Notes: generated from the letters alone by a model not told the origin. 64,000 nt of DNA from Eledone cirrhosa (GCA_964016885.1 OZ024746.1:17050001-17114000); one strand, 5' to 3'; shown: positions 1 through 14,595, counted from the first letter of the stretch. Program-made: numbers and translations.

Positions 1-1044
1 TGAGGGGGCTTGGCTTCAAATATTTTTAAAAATCAACGTCCTCATTCCATATTGTAGTATGTGACTGAACGACCTGCTCTCAATACTGTATCTTGGCCTA
101 TCTCAACATTTTTTAGAAGGCAACACCAGCATTCCCTCTAGTTCTTTTTAATACACACCATTTGCTTATTAAATAAAGATAAACGTAATTTATAGAAATA
201 GGAAAATCAAAGTTTGAATTAAATCTTCGTGATTCAAATATTTTACTATATTACTGTTGAGGTTTAGCCGTGCTATGTAGACACCTAAACCGATGGGAAA
301 TTTCAAATACTTGTTATTGGAACAAATATTTACTCGGTTTTGACTGTCTTTCGGGGGTGTGTCTTTATTTTGGGTAGAAAGGGGGTAGACGAAAGTTGAG
401 AGGTATGAGAAGGAAGCTGTGAATATAATGACAACAAACTTTTCTCTTCACTGTCTTTATTAAGGGGTGTAAACAATTTCCTTCTACTTCCGTTCTAGTG
501 ACACTCATTTAAAACATCAGCAACATTAAAAATATTACTCCTACCACTATAATCACTACCACTTCACTGTTTCTACAGTCCCACCTCCTTATAATCTCTT
601 CTTTACAACAATAACAATAATATTTTTATCAAGGAAACAATTTTTTTTTTAAATTAAAAAACGATTTCTAAATGGGAAGACCAGTTTTTAATTCTTTCCT
701 TTAAATTTAATCTGTCACCCTGCCGTCCCCACCTAGACCCAACCACTCTAGTATCAATGTTCTGTTACCCCCCGCCTCTTCTTTATCTTCTACTACACAT
801 TCTTGCCTCCCACTAAATCATTAAATAACCCAACCAAGTAATACCTCACATGTGAGATATTAAGTCTCTATCCACCTCTGTCTCTTTCTTTGTCCCCCCC
901 CCCCCCTTCTATTTCTATATCTTTCTTCTGAACACTGTCACTCATGTCTAATAACCCTTTTGATACCAACCTGTCAAAATCCACCCTTGTTTCTGTAAAA
1001 CAAAACCACACATTTTAAAGGGTTCCTATTTAGATCTTCCAACA

Positions 1045-1952
1045 TCTATATATATAAAACTGAGGATGTCTGTGTGTGTGTGAGTTTGAATCCCTAAAAT
1101 TCGAGAACCACTCAACCGACTGTTTTCAAACTTTTCACATGTAATACTTATGTTTCAGGGAGTGTTCTAATTTTCAATGCCCTAGGGACCGCGTTAGGCG
1201 ATTTAGCGATCTGTCTCTATAATTCTTAGGCTTTCTCTTTTTAGATAGATACATACATATAACGTCACGCCCTTATAATATCTGTCTGTATGTCTGACTG
1301 TCTGCATTACGTCACTTCCCTGAGGATGTCTGTGTGTGTGTGTGTGCGTGCGTGTGTGTCTGTGAGTTTGAATCCCTAAAACTCGAGAAGTACCCAACCG
1401 ACATTTTTTCAAACTTTACATGTGTATTACTTATGTTTCAGGGAGTGTTATGCACATAAAAAGTTCAACTTTTTCATCCCATGGGGTCCGCATTAGGTGA
1501 AAAACTGAGTTTTTTCAGGTTTTTAGGAGATTTTTGAGGCGTTGCGTCAGACCGATTTCCTTGAAATTGTAACTATGTAATAGTCAGTCGCTTCTTCATA
1601 CAGTGAGCAAAGAAAATCCAACTTTTTTATGGCCTAGGGCCCGCATTAGGTGAAAAACTTCATTTTTTTCCAGCTTTTTAGGGCTTCTTTGAGGCGTTAC
1701 GTCTAGCCGATTTTCCCGAAATTTCAAGGCATATTATGCACATTAAAAAATTCATTTTATTGATCCCCTAGGGCCCGCATTAGGTGAAAACCTGCATTTT
1801 TCCTCCTTCATCGAGGAAAATCTTAAAGATTATCCAGCCATCAGAGTATTCGGGTTATTTTCTTTACATATTGTCCAGGCATGCAGTTTTTTCACGATTA
1901 GGCCCGCATTCCAAAATACCTTATCCCGTGCAACGCCGGGTACCACTGCTAG
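1045..1952 (+). mobile_element. Non-autonomous Helitron
   Basis: Starts A|TC (TCTATATATATAAAACTGAGG). Ends with GC-rich hairpin CCCGTGCAACGCCGGG (1925-1940) then CTAG|T at 1949-1953. No TSD. Internal duplication of about 1061-1200 at about 1321-1500. Confidence 0.85.
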
Positions 1953-3260
1953 TAATTTTATATAAGTACTCTTTATGTTACCAATATCATCTTTGAAATT
2001 ATGATTTTAATAAATACTTCCCAAATTCTTCATTAATTACTTTAGATACAAAGTATTTCATTAGAAGTATGGTAAAAACATTGTCTTTCACCATCTCTTT
2101 AAGCAATACTTCAAATATATGATATTAACACTTAGTGGAAATAATCTAAGACAGGTCTCTCTCTCCTTCACAAATTTGGTCATATTCTCCCCACCTCACT
2201 CTGTGACATTGTTTACCTAGCTTGTTTAAAATATCACTTAAAGAAATGAATTAACAAGTTGGTAGAAACAATAAATTAGCACACTATTGCAAACATCTGA
2301 GGGTGTCATTCTATCACTCTACTTTCTGAGGTTCAAATCCTATTGACTTGGCCCTTTATTTGTGACTTTTGGGTTATTTGTAAAATAAATACCTGTAATT
2401 TACTTGAGCCATGTAACTTTATCAAATAAGAAGACACTACCATTTAAAGAATTTCATCAGCCTAGTTCTGATTATCAGTTGTAGCTAGTTCTCTTTCCTG
2501 TATTTTCATTAAAATCCTTACATTTTCGATCTACCAAATTCACTCACCCAGATACCACACATCAGGACTGAACCTGGAATCACATGATTCTGAAGCAAAC
2601 TTTTTAACCATATGTCCACATCTTTACCTAGTATTAGTTATTGTAGCTACATGAGTCTTGTTTATAATGTATGATCTCATAATGTTTGGATTGGTAATCT
2701 CAGAACGTTTTAACTCTTAACAACCTGTAATGATTTACCAAAATATTTTTTAAATGCGTTTACTAATTCAAATGTTTGTCGTATCTTTACTAGCAGATAG
2801 ATCATTGTGGAAATTTGTAATATTCAAAAAATGGCCTTAATTTTTCATGTGGTGTCGTCACAGTTCTGTTTTGTACTTTTCCAGAATGTCTTGGTAATGT
2901 AGTTTGGTGTGGTACTCAATATTGAGTTATCCAACCTCTGATAGAAATCCATTACAAATATATCTGCTTTCTAAAATGATTTACCACTGCAACTATATTA
3001 TGCTTACTTCTAAATATCACACACACACACGCTATGAGATAAATATTTTCCCTGAGAAAAAAAGAAATAATATAGATAAATATGTAATCTCCAGCATTTT
3101 GGTTTTCTGAAAAATACTAAGAATGCTTTGTATGTTAAGAGTGGTTTACAAGCATGTGGTGAAAATGTGGGACTTTAAAAAAACAATGACAATTGTATTT
3201 TTCATGTAAAGTTTTTATATAAAGTATTTGGTTCATATATATATAATATATATATATATA

Positions 3261-4537
3261 TCATCATCATCATCATCACTGTTTTACATCCGTTCTTCCA
3301 TGCTAGCATGGGTTAGACGGGTTGTCCTGTTGTGGGCAGTGTCTGGTCGGCTGACCATGCTTTGCTCATACAGGAACTGATTTTGGCTTGATTTCTACAG
3401 CTGGATGCCCTTCCTAACACCAACCTCATTTACAGTGAGTGCTGGGTGCTTTTTCCGTGGCGCCTACACGTCCACTTTACAGTGTGGGCTGGGTGCTTTT
3501 TTGCCGTGGCACCTCCACGACCACCTTGCAGTGGGAGGGTTTGGGGGCATATTGTCTATATGCTTCAGCTTGTACCCATGGCAAGTCGGGTACTCTGTAT
3601 TACTGTGTGACGCCAGAGGTCACGGTCGTGTGTCATCGCCTTTGAGAGGTGTAATTGGGTAAGGTCGGCTTTTATCACCTCATCCCAGGTCTTCTTCAGT
3701 CTCCCCACTCCGCGGTTTCCATTGACTTCTAGTGCTCTGCACCTTTTTATGCAGCTGTCATCCTTCATACACATCACATGTCCATACCAGCGTAACCGCC
3801 TCTCCTGCACACAGCATTTGATTCCTCTTATGCTCAGTCTCTCTCTCAATTCATTTATGCTTTGTCGTTCGCGTATATTACTATTACACATCCATCAGAG
3901 CATGCAGGCTTTGTTTCTTTCTAATCTACGTAAGTCTTCCATCTTCAGCGCCCAGGTCTCACTACCATGTAACATTGCTGTTCGTATACACGCATCATAC
4001 AGTCTGCCTTTCATTTTGAGGGAGAAGCCTTTTGCAGCTAGCAGTGGCAGTAGTTCCCTGAACTTCTTCCATCCCGTTCTTACCCTAGTTATTGTACTTT
4101 CTGAACACCCACCTCCACTGCTAATTCGGTCACCTAAGTAGCAGAAGCTGTCTACTGTTTCTACAGAGCCCCCCAGAGATTAGTGGTACTTGTTTCCTGT
4201 GGCTGTTTGCTGCTTGCTGTCCCAGCACAGCTGCTACATGTGAAGCCTATATTCTTAATTAAGCTTCCTGAGATCCCGCTACATCTCTTGTGTACCCATT
4301 GTTTGCATTTGGGGAAGAGAATGGAGTTCCTACCTACACCTTTCCTACATACTGAGCAAGGCCATTTCCCTGAAGGGATCTGGGTTCTGTTTTCTCATCT
4401 ACTTACAAGGACCTTAGTCTTTGTCATGTTGACTTTGAGACCCTTTCTTTCTAGTCCCTACTTCCAAGTTTGGAATTTCTTCTCTAGTTCTACCATAGAT
4501 TCAGCTATAAGTGCTAGGTCATCAGCATACAGGAGTT
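3261..4537 (-). mobile_element. 5'-truncated RTE-clade LINE, family A
   Basis: Minus-strand ORF 3565-3891 has RTE C-terminal motifs (RRLRWYGHV, GRLKKTWDEVI, DRDLWR). RT motif LLYADDL near 4517-4535. (ATG)n 3' tail. Near-identical to 24407-26177. Confidence 0.9.
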
Positions 4538-5016
4538 TCCGTGTGTTACACAGTGAGATCTGTATAGAGAACAATATCTACAGGTTTACCAATTAAATAG
4601 AAAAAAACTAAGTCAGAATCAAATCTCTGAAGTAGAGTTTTAAATTACCAACCTTATAACTATAAGTTTGCTGATACGAATCAAGTTCGTTTCATCACAG
4701 AAATGTGTAGTACAACAGACCACAGGTTCCTCAGTCAGCAAATGTGGATGCTATTCACGACACATCTAACCTCATGGATAGAGAGAAAGCTAATATACAC
4801 GCTGCCAAATCACGTGTTATTTGCATCAAATAACGGCTCTCATGGATTGGGGAAAATGCTAGAGAGAGCAGCCCAACCATTCGAATTTATTAGCTCAACA
4901 ATTTGGAACTCGTTAAGTATACGGGGATCATAATTAAGAGTATTCCGCAGTTCACAGTAATAATAATAATATTAGCTCAAAGAGGAATAGAGAATTTTCT
5001 TCTGAGCTATACTATA

Positions 5017-6991
5017 TATATATTTGAAAAAAAGGAAAAGAATGACTTCACTTTTAGTGTTAAATAATTTGATTTAATTTTATAATATTATGAGTTGGCA
5101 GATCTAGTAAGTTCTTTGTTAACTTCAGTGGGAAGAATTTTAAAGATTCCTGGTTAACTTTGTTGGAGAACTTTCTCGCATGCATTTGTCGGTGGCGATT
5201 GTGGATGTATATATATATATATATATGTATATGTGTGTATATATGTATGTGTGTGAGTATGTATGTATATATATGTATGTGTGTGTGTATATGTATATAC
5301 GTATATATGTACATGTATGTGTGGGTGTATGCGTGTGTATATATATATATATATATATACAGGGTGCGGACGATATTTGTTTGCAAGATTACTGTCTAGG
5401 AAAAAGTAACTCAGTAGTTTTATTTTTTAAGATTTATTTATCAAACTTGGGTCAGTTTGTCTTCATGACTTGTTCTTTCGATCTCACTCTTTAAACCCGC
5501 CATTGGCTTTGATGACGGCCTCAAGGCGGCCTCGTAACCGGTTACAGGCCTTCGTCACTGTTCCCCAACTTAGACCCCTAAAGGCACTTGTGATCCTGGC
5601 CTTCAGATCGTCTTTTGTATTGCAGCTAGATTTGTTGGTGTCTCGTTCCACTGCGCCCCACACAAAGAAGTCGAGAGGGTTGCAGTCAGGCGAGCTGGGA
5701 GGCCAGATGCCAGGTGAAGTGTGGTCGATGAAGTACTCTGACAGCCAAGCTTGGGTCTTTCGGCTGGTATGGCAGGGCGCTGAGTCTTGCTGCCACACAT
5801 ACGGCCTACCTGCAGCTACCTGGTTGATCCAGGGCTTTACTACCTCGCTCAGAATGCGGATGTAGCCATCGGTGTTCAGGGAAGAAGTGAGGTGGCGTGA
5901 CGTCACCTTGACTGCTGACAGCACCTAAGACCAATGTTGTCACTGGAAACCTTGTCTGCATGACTCTGAGCACGTCTTTGGATGAGACAGCGAGCCACCT
6001 GTTGTTCTGGGAGTTGATCTTCTGCCCTTATTTGTCCTCCCGGCGCGGATTCCAAGAAGAACTCCGTATCTCTTCCACAAATTTGGAGGTTCAAAATTAT
6101 TCATAATGAATTATTCTGAAAATAAATAATGGAAATATAGTCACTGTTTTTATGAAGACAAGAGTGACAACGGAAATAAAAAAAATTTGCATAAAATTAG
6201 CAGTTGAAAATTGCGAACAAATATCGTCCTCACCCTGTATGTGTGTGTGTGTATATATATATGTGTGTGTTGATATGTGTATGTGTGTATGTATGTAATA
6301 TATATGGACTGTAAATTTATATATAGGGAAGTGAATATGTGAGCTAGCATGTCCCCCCCCCCCACACACTTCCTCTCCCAAACCAATACCAACAACACAT
6401 TTTTGACAAATGTTCCAAAACTACCCTTCTTTTCTCTTTTTACTGTCATCCCATTCTTATCAAAAGACATGTACCTTACACCTCATTAAAACCCAGACAC
6501 CACCTAAAATCATCTTTGATATAGACATTTGTAGAAGATATTCTTTATAAATTTAAGAGAGTTGATTCAACTATAAGAAACGAATTTGAAAATCACCCAT
6601 TATATACTCATCAAAGGTCAACTAATGAAATAAAACCAGCAAGAGGGGATGTTTACAACCACCTTCTGAAACACCTTTATCTTGCAACCTCACCATTGTC
6701 TGAGTGTATATATATATGTGTGTGTGTGTATGCTTTAATTCCTCCAAATCTTCATCAATACTCATTAACACGACGACACCTCAGACACATCCAAATCTCT
6801 CTTATATATATAGTCACACATCTAAACACAACCTGATCTCAGTTTGACAATTGCCACCAACGAATTTGAGAAAGTTCTCCAACAAAGTTAATAAAGAACT
6901 TACTAGATCTACCAACTCATATTATTATAATATTAAATCAAATTATTTAACACTACAAGTGAAGTCATTCTTTTCCTTTTTTTCAAATATA
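5017..6991. repeat. Inverted repeat pair (about 5017-5192 and 6848-6991) enclosing the maT element
   Basis: TTTGAAAAAAAGGAAAAGAATGACTTCAC...TTTGTTGGAGAACTTTCTC on the left is the reverse complement of GAGAAAGTTCTCCAACAAAG...GTGAAGTCATTCTTTTCCTTTTTTTCAAA on the right. Confidence 0.85.
5360..6237 (-). mobile_element. Internally deleted Tc1/mariner transposon, DD37D (maT) type
   Basis: 27-bp TIRs CAGGGTG(C/A)GGACGATATTTGTT(T/C)GCAA match at 25/27, flanked by TA. ORF 5484-5924 has WQQDSAPCH...WPPSSPDCNPLDFFVWG with 37 residues between the second and third catalytic Asp. N-terminus missing. Confidence 0.92.
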
Positions 6992-7662
6992 TCTAACTGT
7001 ACCAAGGATCTCACATATTTTATATATATATGTATTTTTTTAATGAATGTATGTGAATTATAATTATTTATTTTCACTTTCTCTCCCTCCCATACCACTC
7101 TTTGCATTTCCCTTTGAATTCTTAGTGAGTTGGGGTCTCAAATAGGAGCAGTAGTTATAGATGAGATGGGTGACTCAGTTAGTTTTACTGCTTGGGACTA
7201 TGAACACCGCGCCACACCACAGTAACAATGTACAGTGACTAAATTATTACATTTTAGAGTGTAAAAGCACCAAGCAGTACAGCAATCAGTAGTGTTTTAT
7301 CATCATCATGTCTTTGTATATATTAAATGGAGTGGCGATGGTTGTGGTGAGTAAATATGTTTAGATTTTTAAAACAGTAATAGTACAGTGACTAATGGAA
7401 TTAAAAGAAAAGGAAACAAACATATTCTTGTCATAATCATCATCAACAATATCATCATCATCGTTTCTAAGCCAATGATGATGGTGATGGTGGTTGAGTC
7501 TGCACCCTACTCACTACCAAAACAAACTTGTTACTGTCTAAAATCAACAATATAGTTTGTTAGTCAACAAATATCAGTGTATGTTAATTTGTCAGCTATT
7601 TTAAATATTTTTCTCACAGTTAAAGTGATGGGAAATATTTTATTATGATTAAAATATCAACA

Positions 7663-8547
7663 ATTATAGCACCTCATTAATATAACTATATTAAAATATT
7701 AATGTCTATGGCACCTCATTAGTATAACTATATTAAAATAGTGTTGTCTATGACAACTGATTAATATAACTATATTAAAATATTAATGTCTATGGCACCT
7801 CATTAGTATAACTATATTAAAATATTGATGTCTATGGCAACTGATTAATATAACTATATTAAAATATTGATGTCTATGGCAACTGATTAATATAACTATA
7901 TTAAAATATTAATTACTATATTGCTATATTAAAATATTAATGACTATAACACCCCATTAATATCGCTATATTAATGACTATAACACACCATTAATATCAC
8001 TACATTAAAATATTAATGACTATAACACACCATTAATATCACTACATTAAAATATTAATGACTATAACACCCCATTAATATCACTACATTAAAATATTAA
8101 TGACTATAATGCCCCATTAATATCACTATATTAAAATATTAATGACTATAACACCCCATTAATATCACTATACTAAATATTAATGGCTATAATGCCCCAT
8201 TAATATCGCCATATTAATGACTATAACATGCCATTAATATCGCTATATTAAAATATTAATGACTATAATGCCCCATTAATATTGCCATATTAAAATATTA
8301 ATGACTATAACACCCCATTAATATCGCTAAATTAAAATATTAATGACTAAAATGCCCAATTAATATCACTATATTAAAATATTAATGACTATAACATGCC
8401 ATTAATATCACTATATTAAAATATTAATGACTATAACACCCCATTTATATCACTATATTAAAATATTAATGACTATAACACCCCATTAATATCACTATAT
8501 TAAAATATTAATGACTATAACACCCCATTAATATCACTATATTAAAA
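7663..8547. repeat. AT-rich minisatellite, about 42-bp unit, about 21 copies, two sub-variants
   Basis: ATTAATGTCTATGGCACCTCATTAGTATAACTATATTAAAAT grades into ATTAATGACTATAACACCCCATTAATATCACTATATTAAAAT. Confidence 0.9.
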
Positions 8548-8599
8548 TCAGAAATTTATTGTTTGCTTACTGAAACATGTTTTTATAAATATATATACA

Positions 8600-8762
8600 C
8601 TAGCTGATGTACCCAGCTTCGCCCGGGTAAACAGATGATAAGAGAAGACAGGTAAAAGAGAAAATGACTGTATTGGATGTTTGTCTGGTTACAGTATGAG
8701 GTGAGTCTGTGGTGTCTGTGTGATACAAAAAACAGTAAAAAAAATCTTCTAGATATACCAGA
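8600..8762 (-). mobile_element. Short Helitron fragment (3' end clear, 5' end approximate)
   Basis: Minus strand reads ACCCGGGCGAAGCTGGGT (hairpin) ACATCAG CTAG|T. Confidence 0.6.
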
Positions 8763-11568
8763 TATGTGAATGTATGTTTGTAAGTAGATGTGTATATATA
8801 TTTATACATGTGTGTGTGTATAATATATATACAGGGTGGACCAAAACTTGCACACCCATTTGAAAACTGAATAATTGTATTATATATGCATGTGTGTGTA
8901 TATATATATATATATATACACCCTTGCACACACACACACACACAAAGCATTATTGATGTAGGTCAAACTAGCAACTAAGATCAACTTATGAAACTGACAT
9001 CATATTTACTCCCAACAACAATATTTCATGGTTACCATTTATTTCATGAATGACATATCCAGAAGATTGGTATATGAAGATTACAATGGGAACTACAAGT
9101 TAAACCAACCACCACTACTACTGCTACCACCACTATTACTATCACCATCACCACCACTACCAACATACAGATATATTTCTGAACCAACCCTCCTCTTTCT
9201 CTTTATATATATATATAAAATATATAATTGTAAATAGAATGATTTGAAAACAAACCAAGCCATACTTTCATATCTAGAATAAAACACTTTTATATTATAT
9301 TTTATTTGGTACATAGTGATGTTTCAGTAGTATAAAACATGTAAAACTAGACATACATTTATTTGCTTCATCAATTGGAACTTCAACAGAAGTAGTTATT
9401 TGAATAACCTTGTTTATGACAATATACAATAATAACTGTGAGAAAGCAAAACATTTAGTGTGGCAAACAAATTTGAAATTATGTTTGGGGGGAAAGAATT
9501 CTCTAATGGTAGATTATTTGTTTCAAAAGTACTCTAAGTTTTAATATGTAATTTAATCCTTTTGATGCCAAACCACCTAAAACCGCTCTTGGTTTTATGA
9601 TGCAAAGCTGTTTATTTTAAACAATTTATAATAATATACAAACTTTCCATCATAATTTTATATAAGAATCTCTGTTAAAGTATGTTCCAAACACTCACTT
9701 AATAATGATAAAGTTAGTTATATTATTAAAGTCAACTTTACCGTTCATCTATTCATGGTCAATAAAGAAAGTACCAGTCTAGTACTGGGGAATGATTCTT
9801 CCTCTATATCTCTTTCTCACTTCCTCTCTCTCCCCCTCTCCCCCCCTTCTCTCTCTCCTTCTCTCTCTCTCTCTCCTTCTCTTTCTCTCTCTGGAAGAAA
9901 TCTACTGTATTCAGACCTGGAGAGGAGATGGTCCCTGCCAGATTTTAAAATATACTCTAGAAACACTATGTCAATACAGTGTCCCTACAACTCCTTCAGG
10001 AGTTACGGGTCCATACATACTTAGTTATATTACTAAATCCATTAAAAAAAAAAAAAATAATAGCATATTTTCTACAATGACCAACTGTTATTACAGTTAT
10101 TTTCATTTCAGGCTAAAAGCAATTATGTAAAATGATCGCTGATTTGAGTAGGAGGGGGTGTTTATAACAGTAATAAAGAAATGTGCAGCAGAACAGAATA
10201 CTGGGCTGGTGGTATATAGTCCAACATTATTGGGATCAGAATACTGATCCAGCCAGCTCAAAGTGTGAAAAATATTCTACACTATTAATTGTTTCTACTT
10301 TAGGCACAAGGCCAGCAATTACCCAGTGCATTACTGGTACTTTATTTTATCGACCCCGTAAGGTTGAAAGGCAAAGTTAACCTTGGCGGGATTGACTTTG
10401 CCTTTCTACACTATTAATGATTCAGCTTTACATACTTGATATAAAGTTGTCAGTCATTTCGTAGCAGTGTTGTTAATGTCAACAATTCTTTAGCTATGAA
10501 CCTTTGAAGACCATAACTGTATTGTTTCTAGCTTTAAGGCTTCTCAAAGACATACTCAAATCTGAAGGAGACTTCAGAATTAAAGAGTCTTTGAATAAGG
10601 AAATAAGTTTCTACCGTTTATTGTTTCAATAACATCACACACCAACGAACTATAAATCTTGTGGAACACTTTGAAGATGAGATCTATTTGATCAGAGCTG
10701 GCCTGGGGTTAAACAATAACAACACAACAACAGTCTTGATCTGCAGTACTTTTTTATTCATCTTTTTTTATATTTTATTTTTATTTTGTGTGTTTAAGAT
10801 TTGTTAGGTGTAGGCTTAACTTGGTGTAGATGTTCGCTTTGCTGCTTTATAGTTATAGGGTCAGTCATACTGAATGAAATTAGTTGATGGAAGCTGTGTG
10901 GAAGCCTGCCTTACACACATACTCACACACATATATGTATGTGTGTGTGTATTTGTTTTTTGCCTCAATGGACAGCCAGTGGTGTTTGTTTATGTCCTGC
11001 ATAAACAATACATTGCACAGCTCAGTTCATCACAACAATATTACCTGACTTCAAAACAAAATGCTTTCTAAAACTCATGCCGGTGTGAAAAGTCAATGTA
11101 AAAACAATGATGATTTGTATTATAAATCTTGGTGTGTCTCTCATTACTGTTTGTTGTTGTAGTTCTTCCCTTTCACTTGAGATTGTTCTTTAGCTCTGAT
11201 CAAGTAAATCTATAATCAAAAGTATAAGATGCTCCAAGCCATGCCCATGCCACCTAAATTTATTTAGACTTAGTATATATAAGACATTATTCAGTGTGCA
11301 TTTAAATGTGTGATTTAAATGAGAAGTTGCATCTATTTCTAGCTGGTTGAGCAAATATATATATGTGTAACACAAGTTTGAAGTAACTATAAGGTTGTAT
11401 CAAATACATACAGATACACATCTATCTGTAAAGTTGTACACACACCTCCATACACACCAACATACACACACCAACACACATACACCAACACACATACATG
11501 TAGATATATTCTTTCATATATATATATATTTTTGTTAATATATGAGAAAAATAGTTATTTGAAGAGTA

Positions 11569-11600
<32 letters not shown>

Positions 11601-11700
11601 TATATATATATATATAATTATCATCATTGTTGTTTTAACAAGGGGTTGGATGAATCCACACAGACCAAGTCAGTACTGAAGCAGAGCCACTGATCTCCCA

Positions 11701-12128
11701 TCATCATCATCGTCATCGTTTAACGTCCGTGTTCCACGCTTGCATGGGTTTGGACGGGAGTTTTCCCACTTGAGGCAAGAGTGGTTGTCTTGCTCGCATA
11801 GGACTGTCTGGCAGGTTTTCTACAGTTGGATGCCCTTCCTAACACCAACCACATTTACAGTGTGGGGCTGGGAGGTTTTTACCGTGTTACCTACACGGCC
11901 ACATTACAGAGTGGACTGTGTGTTTTTTTGTCGTGACACCTACACAACCTCATTTGTTTCGGGCTGGATGTTGTGTCACCAACATAACTTTACATTGAAA
12001 GGGGTGGTGTGGATGGGGTGGGGGTAGTGGGACGGGGGTGTATTTTGTTAGAGATGCCTACTGACTGTAGTAGGTTTTACTTTGTATTTAGGTAACGCGG
12101 GTCTTCTCTGTTACTGAGTACCGCCAAA
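11701..12128 (-). mobile_element. RTE LINE family B, 3' UTR fragment
   Basis: Matches 15254-15680; (ATG)n tail; abuts a (TA)n(GA)n microsatellite. Confidence 0.85.
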
Positions 12129-12130
12129 GG

Positions 12131-12231
<101 letters not shown>

Positions 12232-12717
12232 CTGCAGTGATGAGAACGAAGAGACCACTAATCATGGGAGTACTCAATGCATGGGGAGATGTAGAGTGGG
12301 CATAGAGATATGTAAAATCCCGACCGCAGTGCCAAGTGGTTTCGGGATTTTACATCTCTCTCTCTATGTATATATATATATATATATATATAAGATGGGC
12401 TTCCTTATAGTTTCAGTCTACCAAATTCCTTTCCAAGGTTGTAATAGAAGACATTTTGCCAAGATGCTATGCAGTGGGATAGAACCCAAGACCACATGGT
12501 TGTGTGGTTAACAAACTTGTTAACCACACAACCATGCTTGCACTTAATTGAACCAACGTATGTGTGTGTGCAGACAGACAGACAGAAGTAGTAGTAGGAG
12601 AGGCACCACTGTTCCAAATAGAAGGAAATATGAAAGTAAATATATAGTACTATAGTAGCAGTTTCTGTTGTGATAGCAGGAATATCAAGTGGATGTACAT
12701 TAGTTTTAGTTTTGTTG

Positions 12718-12895
12718 TTGTGGTGTGGTGTGACAGGGTGTGGTGTGGTGTAGTGTGACATGGTATGGTAAGGTGTGGTGTGGTGTGACAGGGTGTGGTG
12801 TGGTGTAGTGTGACATGGTATGGTAAGGTGTGGTGTGGTGTGACAGGGTGTGGTGTGGTGTAGTGTGACATGGTATGGTAAGGTGTGGTGTAGTG
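12718..12895. repeat. 55-bp tandem repeat built on GTGTG, about 3 copies
   Basis: ACAGGG recurs at 12734, 12789 and 12844. Confidence 0.85.
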
Positions 12896-13074
12896 CGATA
12901 AAGAGATAAAAGGGAGTAGATGAGAAATAGAAAGAAGAAATGGCCTGGAGGAGGGGGGTACTGATTTAATTAGAAGAAAAGGGGGCAGTGTAATTAGTTT
13001 AGGGAAAAAGAAGCAGTTTGTTTTTATCAAATGAATTAATCAGCAGATAGGAGAAAACTGTCTAAACTGATTGT

Positions 13075-13462
13075 GTGCTGATGATGGTTATTGTTGTTTT
13101 TATGGTGGTGGTGGTGGTGATGGTGTTGGTTGTGGTGGTGATCATGGTTCTGTTTGTGGTGGTGATAATGATGATGATGGTGTTGGTTGTGGTGGTGATG
13201 ATAATGATGTTGATCATGGTTGTGATGATTAGTGTTGGTTGTGGTGGTGATAATGATGATGATGATGGTGTTCAGGATGATGGTTGTGGTGGGAATAATG
13301 ACGGTGATAATGGTGTTCAGGGTGATGGTGGTAATGGTGCTGGTTGTGTTGGTGATAGGAGTGCTGATTGTGGTGATAATGGTATACAAGATGATGATGA
13401 TGTTTTTAAGTGCTGATTGTTGTGATAATAGTGTTCAGGATGATGGTGGTGATGATTATGAT
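13075..13462. repeat. Degenerate (GAT/GGT)n trinucleotide tract
   Basis: Low-complexity tract; source of the poly-M/V/H/T ORFs. Confidence 0.9.
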
Positions 13463-13813
13463 TCATAATAAGTTGTGTTTGTTAAGGAAAAAACCCAACA
13501 ACACTACATCTATGTACTCTCATTGCTTTTGTAATGATGACAAATAACTGTTTCAAGTTTAAAACTAATTTAGATGCCCTAACAATGATAATGTTTATAT
13601 TTCATTACCTCCCTTGTGTATTTTCCCTAAACAATTGCTGTGTACTACCTTCCTTCCTAATATATACAACCACTAAGGAATGAGATGCCTTTATGTTTGC
13701 TTGATTGATTACTTCATTACCAACCTCTGGTATCTTAGTAAATAGTGAAGTTAGTGTCAGGTCCAATTTTTTTCTTTAGCAGTGATTGATTACTAAGCAA
13801 AATATTACTAAAA

Positions 13814-13855
13814 ATGTTTTGTTTTTTGAAATTTTACTGTCTGAATAGATGCCAG
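13814..13855 (+). CDS. CSK: Candidate first coding exon of CSK (MFCFLKFYCLNRCQ)
   Basis: Acceptor TTTTTTTCTTTAG/CAG (13779 or 13782), AAAATG at 13814, 14 open codons, strong phase-0 donor CAG|GTAAGC at 13855/13856, in frame with exon 19189. No homology support. Confidence 0.4.
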
Positions 13856-14548
13856 GTAAGCTGTGGGTTTATAGAAAAAAAACAAAAACTATTAGTTAAA
13901 AAACGAAATGAAATACAAATATATTTACCTTGCAAGCAGGGAAAAGCGGACGTAAAATGATGATGATGACATTGCTTGGGCCCACAATTCTTGATGTTAA
14001 GATTAGTTATTAAAATATGTACCTAGTCCAGAAGCTCATTAGACAAGAGAATATCTGTTTTGTGAGTTTTAAGTGACTGAAAGCATAAAGCTCACTCCCA
14101 ATCAGGTTGACAGTCAAGTGCAAGGTTAAAACTATAACTGCTGAATGGTATGGAGAAATGTGAAATGAAGTATCTTGCTTGAGAACACAAGTGACCACCC
14201 AATCCAGGAATCAAACTCACAATGCTATGATCATGAGTCCAACACATTAACCACCAGGCTACCGAGTTATAAGGCCACCATTTTATTCCCATCTGATGGC
14301 TATAGTATTATGGCTGAATGATATTGAACTTTTAAATAAAAAGTCTTAAATCCAATCCAGATGGTGTGTTTCGGCTGTACACATGACTCAACACCCTTTA
14401 GTAACAACCCAACAACTTATGGCCATCTGGAGAGTTTCATACACACACACATACATATAACCCATGCAAACATGGAAAAATTAACATAGGAATGGTGATT
14501 ATGATGATATATATACACTCAGTCATACACACACACCTGCCGCATACA

Positions 14549-14595
<47 letters not shown>

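Noticed and set aside
1-1040. Possible decayed Penelope-like coding remnant (also 26200-26700 and 28330-28830)
   Set aside because: Only faint motif resemblance by eye; a translated profile search is needed before calling it.
3405-4596. Plus-strand ORFs repeated at 24550-25959
   Set aside because: Antisense shadows of RTE LINE copies.
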